DNA of 43,805 nt from a bacterium (lineage in GTDB: Bacteria > JAMCPX01): the NCBI GenBank assembly GCA_021792615.1, contig JAJYUJ010000022.1:1-43805 (forward strand), given 5' to 3'. Shown piece by piece: positions 1 to 7,818 of this stretch. A model generated the notes under the pieces. It was not told the DNA's origin. It saw nothing but the letters and a program-made list of their open reading frames with translations, and ran no database searches. The translations under genes were made by a program, and so were the position numbers. Positions within the stretch are counted from its first letter, which is position 1, and the number at the start of each line of letters is the position of its first letter.

Positions 1-523
1 TATAAGCGTGACGATCCACGCTAAAAGACGGGCTTTCTGCCCATAGGGGAAACGGTCTGTCACGCTTAATTACCTTACCTTTTTGTACTGAATAATACCA
101 TATTTTGAACATACAAGGGGAAGGCAGGGATGAGGTCTGGTAACAGGCTGTCCTACAATTCCTTTTTTTCTCAGTCCCTTGACGCTTATCATTACCCATA
201 TCTTTTACTGAACAGATTAGAAGAAGAAAAGAAAGGTAGGAAAATGACAGGCAGGAAAACGAAGATGTAAGATTCCACTCTTAAAATAAGAGAGGCTAGG
301 GGATTTATGAAATTTATGCGCTATTATCCAGCATTAAAAGAAACAAGACAAACGTTAAAAATCAATCAAACAGATGTAGTGAAAACATCGAAGTTGATGC
401 AGAAGTTTAAATGATGGATAGAAAATAGATTTTCTGTTTCTTTATATTGTTTATCCTGTAAAAGAAATGGGACACGTTAAGCTTTATTAAAGGGAGAATT
501 TGTTTTCATGGTTGCTTCTTTCC

Positions 524-552
524 TTGACAGTTGTAAAGTTCATGAATAAATG
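524..552 (+). promoter_or_regulatory. Candidate sigma-70 promoter: -35 TTGACA (524-529), 17-nt spacer, -10 TAAATG (547-552). It sits about 70 nt upstream of tRNA-Met.
   Basis: Read directly from the sequence: consensus -35, exact 17-nt spacing, 4/6 match to the -10 hexamer. No experimental support. Confidence 0.3.
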
Positions 553-624
553 TGATCATTATTTTGCCCCGTTAGATAGCCCCGCGATTTATGGCGGAGA
601 CGGCTCTAACAGGGGGTTCTTAGC

Positions 625-697
625 GGCGGCGTAGCTCAGTTGGTAGAGCGGGGGTCTCATAAGCCCTATGTCCGGGGTTCGATTCCCTGCGCCGCCA
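625..697 (+). tRNA. tRNA-Met (anticodon CAT), elongator-type. Could alternatively be tRNA-Ile2 (lysidine), which also carries a CAT anticodon.
   Basis: Cloverleaf readable by eye. Acceptor stem GGCGGCG/CGCCGCC; D-arm AGCTCAGTTGGTAGAGC; anticodon loop CT-CAT-AA; T-arm GGTTCGATTCC; discriminator A. G1-C72 is paired, so it is not an initiator tRNA. CCA is not encoded. Confidence 0.85.
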
Positions 698-1292
698 TTC
701 TTTACGAGGTCTTGATTTATAAGGCTGGGTGTCTACAAACCCGCTCCAGTAAAGTCTTTGCACTATTCAATGCATTATCTTCAGTTATCACACTTTAACA
801 TCAATTATGACCTTCTACTGACACAAAGCAAGCACAGGCAAAAATCGTATATATACAAGATATATGAAACCGTTAAAATACGAATGCCTAAAGCTGTTAT
901 GTTTACTAGTGTCCAAGCTCTTTTAGTATCACCAATGCTGTCTTTAAAGCCATCTTGATATGCTTGGGCTTGTAGTGTGATAGTTCTTTCAAAAGTTTAG
1001 TAGCATAGCCAAGTGAAACGTGAAAAGAATTATTCTGCTTTGGTTGTTAAAGTTTTACCAAATATAAACAAATCTAATAACTGTATGCCAAATCCTGTTG
1101 CTAAGTGTTCTAATGTTGAAACTGTAGGATTTATCTGCCCGCATTCTATGACAGGATTTGGTTGACAAATAGCTAACAATGAGGTGCTCTAAAGTAGAGC
1201 GGGAGCTTGTTTCAAGGCAAAAATTTATTTTTGAGTGCTTAAATGGAGGATTCTAAATTAATTTTCTAAATTCGCACAGGTTCCGGGATAAT

Positions 1293-2759
1293 ATGATCTG
1301 CATACTTAAGTTAAGGTTCTTTTATTCCATGATTTTGTTCTTTTTTTTAATTTCGTGTTCAAAGAAAAACTCAGCAATAAGTCTTCATCACGCGGGTGGG
1401 TGGAATAAAGACTTCAACTTAAGCCAAAAACAGTTAAACTCATCTCTGAGAGGTACTACTGAGAATGGGCATATAGCAGTTAATCCAGCTTACAATGCGG
1501 CCGACTCTCAAACATGCGGCATACAAGAAACTATCAATCAAATTAAAAACGTTAATTATTTTGATAATCTTATTGGGCAACCATCGGCTGGACTTTTTCC
1601 TAATTTTATAAAAATAACGCATCCTTGTATATTATCGGCTCCAATATATGTAAGTGGTATGCAATATCTCACAATAGGCGGTGCAGGCCCCGGCGCAGAA
1701 TCAGCTCAGATTGTAGCCCTGCATCGAATGCCAGCTATGTTTATCATAACTGGAACTACCGGTGCATTTTCAGACATAAATTTATATAATATGATGCTTA
1801 TGTCTGCAAAGGGGGCTTTATCGGCGGCATTTATATCAGAAACAAATAATTTTTACGGAACAATAGAAAATGTGGATATGTTGCCAGGAGCTTCTTCTAA
1901 ACCACCTTGGGCATTATACCTTACTGGAACATCCGAACAAACGATTAAAAATATCAAAGAAATATTCACCAAAGGATCATTTATCTTTGCTAATGCTGAA
2001 ACAGGATATGATAATGTTATCGACAACTATAATGGTTCAAATATGATTATTTATACGCAAAGGGGGGAATTAATACTGAGTCGATTTTATTTCGAAGCCG
2101 GGGGCCTCTATATAACTGGTGTTGGTACAGATTCAAGCAGTGGTGCAACGGTCATCAATTATCCTGGATATATGGCTTATGGAATGCATCTTTATAATAT
2201 GTGGAATGTTTCTATTAACAATGTTTCTTTTCTTGATAATAATAGGGGAAATGTCCCTTCAATATCGCTGGATGCAAATTGCGGGAATATAATTGTTATC
2301 AATCCGGCTCAGTCTTTAAATATGAGTAATGCTTCCCAAAATCCTATATTCGTCCTTGGAAATCTGAGATATGGAGTTGACAGTATTGTTGGCAAATATG
2401 TGGTTTTAGGTGGCAACACGCTCCAGACAAATACCGGTTATTTTATCAAAGGTGGTATTACAGCAGATAGCCTGACGGCAGCTTCATTCCAAGACATGAA
2501 TGGTTTTTCCATCATACCTCAATCATATACTGCAAAGCTCTTTAAAGGTAAGGTAAATGTGTCGCTGCCGAAAAACTTTGTGAATACTTCTTACCATTGT
2601 TCTGCAAATTATAACGAGTCTAGAGCGAAAAGCGTGTTCGGAATACTGAATGTAAAGATCATCACACGTAATACCTTTGCAATTACAAGCTACTCTACAT
2701 CAGGGGCTATTAATACCGCAGACAGCGGCACTATCGAAGGTATATGTACGGCACAATAA
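1293..2759 (+). CDS. Hypothetical exported lipoprotein, 488 aa, rich in Asn, Thr, Ser and Gly. Possibly a beta-helix-like fold.
   Basis: Long ORF. The N-terminus has a positively charged n-region, a hydrophobic stretch and a lipobox (LISC). The gene and its 5' region are clearly more AT-rich than the flanks. No recognisable catalytic motif. Confidence 0.6.
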   Translation: MICILKLRFFYSMILFFFLISCSKKNSAISLHHAGGWNKDFNLSQKQLNSSLRGTTENGHIAVNPAYNAADSQTCGIQETINQIKNVNYFDNLIGQPSAGLFPNFIKITHPCILSAPIYVSGMQYLTIGGAGPGAESAQIVALHRMPAMFIITGTTGAFSDINLYNMMLMSAKGALSAAFISETNNFYGTIENVDMLPGASSKPPWALYLTGTSEQTIKNIKEIFTKGSFIFANAETGYDNVIDNYNGSNMIIYTQRGELILSRFYFEAGGLYITGVGTDSSSGATVINYPGYMAYGMHLYNMWNVSINNVSFLDNNRGNVPSISLDANCGNIIVINPAQSLNMSNASQNPIFVLGNLRYGVDSIVGKYVVLGGNTLQTNTGYFIKGGITADSLTAASFQDMNGFSIIPQSYTAKLFKGKVNVSLPKNFVNTSYHCSANYNESRAKSVFGILNVKIITRNTFAITSYSTSGAINTADSGTIEGICTAQ

Positions 2760-2829
2760 AAGGCAACAGGGCCTGCCCTTGAAATGATAAATGATACCAT
2801 TGTTTCCTTCTGCAATCTTTATCTTCATA

Positions 2830-3242
2830 CAGTTGCTTTTCCAGACCGCCGGCGGCCTTGCTCACCGATGAATAGCTTAATCAAAAATGTTTTCCTAAGA
2901 AATGGGAACCGGTTTTGATCTTGACATCGGATAAATGATTTCTACTTCCTTTTAAATCTTTTTATGAGATCGTTTTTTATTAAAATGAAGTGTGAGACCT
3001 CATCCTAACCTTCACTAAAAGGGGAAGGAATTGCACACATCCCTGCGCCCTGCTGACAGAAAGAATTTTTAAACCCCCTTTATCCCCCTTATCAGGGGGA
3101 GACTCATAAGGCTGTCCCAGAAGCCAGCCGTGCGGAGATGATAATTTTATATTCGGCAGACAAGGGGCACTCGGCAGAGAAAAATTAAACGCAGGGAAAT
3201 GCAGAAAACCCAAAAAAATGGGTGTCTGTCTCTAATTAGACC
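2830..3242. repeat. Copy 1 of an about 420-bp non-coding direct repeat. Copy 2 is at 3974-4412.
   Basis: Aligned by eye. Long identical runs (for example ttttccagacCgccggcggccttgctcaccgatgaatagcttaatc ... gggaaggaattgcacacatccctgcgccctgctgacagaaag ... ccctttatcccccttatcagggggagactcataaggctgtcccagaagcc ... gggtgtctgtCtctaattagacc), about 92-95 percent identity. Contains a CCCCC-TTATCA-GGGGG hairpin at 3083-3100. The only ORFs inside are short, overlapping and implausible. Confidence 0.8.
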
Positions 3243-3267
3243 TACTTCCCAGGATAAAATGCCTATC

Positions 3268-3297
3268 TTGACTTCTGTCAATGTGCGGCATTATAAT
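3268..3297 (+). promoter_or_regulatory. Candidate hicBA promoter: -35 TTGACT (3268-3273), 18-nt spacer, -10 TATAAT (3292-3297). An inverted repeat TTGAC-ttc-tGTCAA overlaps the -35 and may be an operator.
   Basis: Read directly. Perfect -10 hexamer 19 nt upstream of the AGGAGG RBS of hicB. The palindrome ttgacttctgtcaa spans the -35. Confidence 0.5.
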
Positions 3298-3316
3298 GAA
3301 TTAAACAGGAGGCAAC

Positions 3317-3583
3317 ATGGTACCAATAGAATATGACATTATCATTTTTCAAGAAGATGAAACCTACGTAGCATATTGTCCCGAACTCGATATTTCAAGC
3401 TGTGGCAATTCGGTAGAACATGCAGAAAATATGCTTAAAACAGCGGTAAGATTGTTCCTTGAAGAAGCTGAAAAGATGGGTACTGTTGAAGAGATCCTTG
3501 AAGAATCGAGATATAAGAAAAATGAGTCAGGTAAATGGTTGCCACCCAAGATAGTGAGAACCGAATTGGTAAGCACGCTATAA
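3317..3583 (+). CDS. hicB: HicB-family antitoxin (UPF0150 / RNase-H-like fold domain only, 88 aa).
   Basis: AGGAGG RBS. The pattern IIIFQEDETYVAYCPELD...SVEHAENMLKTAV matches the HicB N-domain. The stop lies 1 nt before the hicA ATG. There is no C-terminal DNA-binding domain. Confidence 0.75.
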   Translation: MVPIEYDIIIFQEDETYVAYCPELDISSCGNSVEHAENMLKTAVRLFLEEAEKMGTVEEILEESRYKKNESGKWLPPKIVRTELVSTL

Positions 3584-3584
3584 G

Positions 3585-3815
3585 ATGCCCAGAATTGTTC
3601 CTATTCCTGCAATCAAGTTACGGAGAGTATTTGAAAAAGCAGGTTTTAGCTGTGTAAGAATAGAAGGAGATCATTTCGTATACACAAAAAAGGGCATTCC
3701 AAGACCGGTTGTTATTCCAGACTGGAAAGAATTACCGGTATTTATAATTAAAAATAATCTGAGAACAGCTGGTATATCAAGAGAAGAATATTTTTCATTG
3801 TTAGATCAAATTTAG
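3585..3815 (+). CDS. hicA: HicA-family toxin (mRNA interferase, YcfA-like).
   Basis: 76 aa. KLRRVFEKAGF...EGDHFVY...IP.H.KELP...IKN.LRTAGIS matches the HicA double-stranded-RNA-binding-like fold and the G(S/D)H motif. Tightly coupled to hicB. Confidence 0.8.
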   Translation: MPRIVPIPAIKLRRVFEKAGFSCVRIEGDHFVYTKKGIPRPVVIPDWKELPVFIIKNNLRTAGISREEYFSLLDQI

Positions 3816-3864
3816 AAGCACGCAGCGTCAGCCCTTGAAAGGTTGTTGAAAAACTCGGTTTACT

Positions 3865-3970
3865 GTCATTACGAACGCGGGCACACAGCGGAGCTGGGTC
3901 GAGCAATCTCAGTTTTTATAAATCAATAAGTTATAGATTGCTTCGTCGCAAAATCGCTCCTCGCAATGGC
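3865..3970. repeat. Inverted-pair (palindromic) short repeat element, family GTCATT...AATCTA, copy A.
   Basis: Left unit gtcattacgaacg...gtcgagcaatctca (3865-3911). Right unit tatagattgcttcgtcgc...cctcgcaatggc (3932-3970) is its imperfect reverse complement. The same unit termini recur at 18464-18585. Confidence 0.5.
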
Positions 3971-3973
3971 TTG

Positions 3974-4412
3974 CAGTGGCTTTTCCAGACTGCCGGCGGC
4001 CTTGCTCACCGATGAATAGCTTAATCCAAAATGTTTTCCTAAGAAATGGGAACCGGTTTTGATCTTGACATCGGATAAATGGTTTCTAATTCCTTTTAAA
4101 TCTTTTTATGAGATCGTTTTTTATTAAAATGAAATGTGAGACCTCATCCGCACCCTTCCCTGTCGGGTGGGTACCCGTTCCCCTAAAAAGGGGAAGGAAT
4201 TGCACACATCCCTGCGCCCTGCTGACAGAAAGAAATTTTAAAACCCCCTTTATCCCCCTTATCAGGGGGAGACTCATAAGGCTGTCCCAGAAGCCTGCCC
4301 TGCGGAGATGACAATTTTATATTCGGCAGACAAGGGGCACTCGGCAGAGAAAAATTAAACGCAGGGAAATGCAGAAAACCCAAGAAAATGGGTGTCTGTT
4401 TCTAATTAGACC
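3974..4412. repeat. Copy 2 of the about 420-bp non-coding direct repeat. Carries an about 25-bp insertion relative to copy 1.
   Basis: See copy 1. Ends with gggtgtctgtTtctaattagacc immediately before the stop of the AbiEii gene. Confidence 0.8.
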
Positions 4413-4415
4413 ATC

Positions 4416-5216
4416 TCAAAGCAGGCGATCCAAATTGTCTTTTGTTAATAGTGCGGAATCTGCGGTTGTATCCAAAAACGGACGGACATCATTTTCAATG
4501 TTTTTCCAGTTCATCGTATCTATTTTTCCCCGGATCAATGCACGCCAATTGCTTTCTTTCAGTTCAGGTCCCGGCCAATGCGTCTGTCGAAGTGCATTGT
4601 TAAGTAAGGCCAGATTAGGAGAGGGCCATGCGGGGTCACTTAAGTACCAGAATAAATCATAGATGTCACGCCCTTTTAGATGTGGCCGCTGAAGTATAGC
4701 GTGCAGCTTTCCGGCAAGAAGAGAAGCTTTATCATGATGTTGCAACTGCAGAGTAACATAGCGCCGGATAATAGTAGTTGTCAGTACTGCACCGCGGGGA
4801 GGGTTGGTGTCTACTTCGATTTTGATCGCAGCGATCTCCTCTCTGTGTGATGAAAGCCCGAGTTCATAGAGCAAACTGCGGAAGTTTACGAACGCGCTAT
4901 GCACGGTCTTTTTGTCGCTAACCTTGAGTCCGATATCATATCCTTCACTGGCCAGTCCATGTTTGATGCTCTTCAGATATTTATGGAAGTCATAGACATC
5001 CTTGTTCTTTTCCAATGAGAAGTCCAGATCTTCTGAATAGCGAGGTGTCGAAAAAAGAAACCGTAAAGCTGTACCTCCATGGAAAGATAGCGGAAGCATA
5101 GCTCCGGCATGCTGCATTTTGCCGAGGATTCTGGCCTGCAAGTATTCCCGAACAATATTCCTCGCTTGAAAAGGTGTTGTTGTATTGCGGATTAAATCGG
5201 CAAGATATTCCTTCAT
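4416..5216 (-). CDS. abiEii: Nucleotidyltransferase toxin, AbiEii/AbiGii family (type IV TA / abortive infection).
   Basis: 266 aa. N-terminal LPLSFHGGTALRFLF...RYSEDLDFS is the characteristic DUF1814/AbiEii NTase motif. It overlaps the upstream AbiEi gene by 4 nt. Confidence 0.75.
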   Translation of the reverse strand: MKEYLADLIRNTTTPFQARNIVREYLQARILGKMQHAGAMLPLSFHGGTALRFLFSTPRYSEDLDFSLEKNKDVYDFHKYLKSIKHGLASEGYDIGLKVSDKKTVHSAFVNFRSLLYELGLSSHREEIAAIKIEVDTNPPRGAVLTTTIIRRYVTLQLQHHDKASLLAGKLHAILQRPHLKGRDIYDLFWYLSDPAWPSPNLALLNNALRQTHWPGPELKESNWRALIRGKIDTMNWKNIENDVRPFLDTTADSALLTKDNLDRLL

Positions 5217-5854
5217 AGTGCCCTGTACTCCTCTGCTTCCTCACCAGCCAAGATGGAAATTCTTCGTGCAGCCTTGAGTAGCTTTTTACTTTTTGATTTC
5301 ACGGCAAGCTCATGCAGATGATTTAGATCCAGTGTCTCAAGATTATGTAGTCGCAACTCATCAAGATACGACTCTGTATCTCCGCCTGGCTGCAAATATA
5401 CAAGATCCAATAATGCTTTCTCCGCAGTGGCTATAAATGCTTTCTGTCCATTCCCAAGGTCGGATAATTTGTACCCGGTGAACAAACTTTGTTTCATGTG
5501 ATGGAATTCGAAGGTTCCTAAAGGTGTTTTCCAGTGTCCGGGCCGCACTGTTGTAACACTTACGGTAACAGGGGTGTGTTCGGGAATAAGCCCATAAAAT
5601 TCAAGTGCAGATTGGCAACTGACGTAAGAAGCCTTTACCATATGGTTCGCAATTAAAAACGGATGGGGTTTCACTTTCTGGTAAGGTGGCGCAAGTGCGT
5701 AAATACCGCGCCGGATCTGGTAAATTCGTCCGGACTTGACCCAGCGGGAAAGTTGTGAAAGCACATCATGCGGTTCAACATTTCCGGCAAGGAGTAAACC
5801 GGTTTCGAAAACGGGCTCATTGTCGACAAGTTTTGCTAATTGTTCGAATTCCAT
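5213..5854 (-). CDS. abiEi: AbiEi-family antitoxin / transcriptional regulator (N-terminal winged helix-turn-helix).
   Basis: 213 aa. DVLSQLSRWVKSGRIYQIRRGIYAL matches the AbiEi_4 winged helix-turn-helix (wHTH) signature. Operonic with and 4-nt overlapping the NTase gene. Confidence 0.65.
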   Translation of the reverse strand: MEFEQLAKLVDNEPVFETGLLLAGNVEPHDVLSQLSRWVKSGRIYQIRRGIYALAPPYQKVKPHPFLIANHMVKASYVSCQSALEFYGLIPEHTPVTVSVTTVRPGHWKTPLGTFEFHHMKQSLFTGYKLSDLGNGQKAFIATAEKALLDLVYLQPGGDTESYLDELRLHNLETLDLNHLHELAVKSKSKKLLKAARRISILAGEEAEEYRAL

Positions 5855-5929
5855 TGCAATAACTTAGCATCATTGTCAAGTTATTGCAATGGAATATGAT
5901 ATGTTTCATGAACCGAGGCGAGCATCTCT

Positions 5930-6463
5930 CTAATGTCCCCCGCTGCTCGCCTCGATATATTTCTCGAGTCCTTTGTAGATCGTGATAAAATTTGGCTCCA
6001 CCAGCGAGTAAAGAATGCCCGATATCTGCTCGTTTATCTTGTTCTTGAGCACCGTAGGAATAAGGGGATAATGCAGGAAATTCACATCGATGTCCCCCTG
6101 AATCTTGACAATCGTTTCGTTTCCCTCCTGAGTATACGAATCTGTTCCACCCATCCTGATATAATCCTTAAAAACGAACGGCTCATAGCTCCAGTTGCAT
6201 ATTTGTTTATCATTCTGCCACTCTGCCCTGTCGAGCCACGCCATGTCCGGTACCTTTATTATCTGGCCTATAATGTCGGGCAGTACATGTTTGCCCTGCC
6301 AATGGCTTATGATGAAGGTTGAATTGCCGGTGTCCCTTCTCTCGAGTATTTTCATGCCAACTATGTTGGGTAAATAGACGATAATCTTATCGATATGATC
6401 CCGCATGGTTTCATACGCTACCTGTGCATGCAAAGCTAACTTTATAGAATATTCAAAATGCAT
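5930..6463 (-). CDS. Hypothetical protein, 177 aa. Possible SRPBCC/START-like ligand-binding fold.
   Basis: ORF co-directional with and 57 nt downstream of the two flavoenzyme genes. The fold assignment is a guess from size and sequence character only. Confidence 0.5.
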   Translation of the reverse strand: MHFEYSIKLALHAQVAYETMRDHIDKIIVYLPNIVGMKILERRDTGNSTFIISHWQGKHVLPDIIGQIIKVPDMAWLDRAEWQNDKQICNWSYEPFVFKDYIRMGGTDSYTQEGNETIVKIQGDIDVNFLHYPLIPTVLKNKINEQISGILYSLVEPNFITIYKGLEKYIEASSGGH

Positions 6464-6519
6464 GTTTCTTTGTTCTTCTTACACTTATAATATGCAGTAT
6501 ACCTATAACCTATAGGATA

Positions 6520-7818
6520 TTACCGGTCAACACGTTCCTGAGATTTTGTCGGGAATACGAAAGCAGGCAGATGCTTAAAAAAGCTATATCCGAGTTTCGT
6601 GATTTCTTTTATACCTGCAATTTCCCGGATAACCTCGTGGTACGTACCTTCGCCCGAAACAACTTTGAAGAGAACATCCCTGAGATGCGGATCGTCTTTT
6701 GCCATGCCGATGACCTGTTCCACGAACCCGGTCTTTATCGAGATCATGACAAGCAGTCTGAAAAGTCGTCCATAAAAGAAGTCGGCGCGGAGGTGGTCGA
6801 ACGCAGCGGGATACGCAGACAGGTCAGAGGCCGATATGCCGTTTTTGATCATAATCTCCGCTGCCTTCGCCCCTGTCTCAAGCGCCACATTTATCCCCTT
6901 GCCCTTGTAGGGACGTATCAGACCTGTCGCATCACCGGCAGCGGCAAACCGGTCGCCGATGATCCTCTGTGCAGGCCGTATGGGATACTTGCCTTTATAA
7001 TAGTCAAGCCCTGAAAGTTTGAGACCTTTGAGAAGGACCCGGACAGGCGGATAACCGAGGAAGTTGTCCATGTCGATCGAGGTAAGGTTCCTGCCCGCAA
7101 TGTTGATAATGATGTGATCCCCTTTCGGAGTTATGGCACCGAACTCTATGTTCTTCAGCTCGAGCGGTATGAACGCGTGGATCCTGCTGCCAAAACGCTC
7201 CTGCAGAATGTTTAGATCTATATGCGTCTTCACAACAAGTGTATCCAGCACCTTCGGCGGTCTTTTATACGCAAACACATTTCTTGAAGCATGTTCTATG
7301 ACAGACATGATCCCGTCGTCAAGACCGAATGCCCCGATGACGGCATCCGCCCGCAAAAACTTGTCCTCGGCATAGATTTTTACCCCGCTGTCGTTAAACT
7401 CGATATCCGTTACCCTTGACCGTGTTACCTCCGCACCCAGATCCTGCGCGGTCTGAAGCATAAACCTGTCGAACAATATCCTCCGGGTGGCATACGTACC
7501 CTTTTCACCGGAAAGTTCCAGGGCACTGTTGGTCGCCGAATACAGCATATAGCTCGATATCTCCCGTTTTATGAGATGCTCCGGGAACGGCATCTCAAGC
7601 TTTTCCTCGAATATCTCGACAATGGGATGCGAGAGTACTCCGACACATTGATTGTAATGCCGGTCAAAATCCTTGCCCTCGAAAACAACCACCTTGATCT
7701 TGATCCCTTTTTTTGCTGCCTCTTTGATAAGCTTTATCGCAGCGGCACTGCCCGCAGGCCCGCCGCCGATAACGGCTACGGTGGAACCGTCCATAATCTT
7801 TAAATGGTCATTTTCCAT
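6520..7818 (-). CDS. Geranylgeranyl-reductase-family FAD-dependent oxidoreductase (paralogue 1).
   Basis: 432 aa. GGGPAGS dinucleotide-binding motif. Region FEGKDF...QCVGVLS aligns with the GGR motif (E.R...CGEGLS). AAAGDATGLIRPYKGKGINVA matches the GD(A) FAD-binding motif. Confidence 0.7.
   Translation of the reverse strand: MENDHLKIMDGSTVAVIGGGPAGSAAAIKLIKEAAKKGIKIKVVVFEGKDFDRHYNQCVGVLSHPIVEIFEEKLEMPFPEHLIKREISSYMLYSATNSALELSGEKGTYATRRILFDRFMLQTAQDLGAEVTRSRVTDIEFNDSGVKIYAEDKFLRADAVIGAFGLDDGIMSVIEHASRNVFAYKRPPKVLDTLVVKTHIDLNILQERFGSRIHAFIPLELKNIEFGAITPKGDHIIINIAGRNLTSIDMDNFLGYPPVRVLLKGLKLSGLDYYKGKYPIRPAQRIIGDRFAAAGDATGLIRPYKGKGINVALETGAKAAEIMIKNGISASDLSAYPAAFDHLRADFFYGRLFRLLVMISIKTGFVEQVIGMAKDDPHLRDVLFKVVSGEGTYHEVIREIAGIKEITKLGYSFFKHLPAFVFPTKSQERVDR

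Noticed and set aside
758-958. 66-aa ORF in the AT-rich spacer after tRNA-Met.
   Set aside because: No RBS, low-complexity sequence, and it lies in an AT-rich intergenic region. Most likely spurious.
2980-3213. 77-aa ORF inside repeat copy 1, with a 66-aa counterpart at 4183-4383 in copy 2.
   Set aside because: The copy 2 counterpart is only partly preserved. There is no RBS, and the sequence is dominated by the G/C hairpin region. The repeats are judged non-coding.
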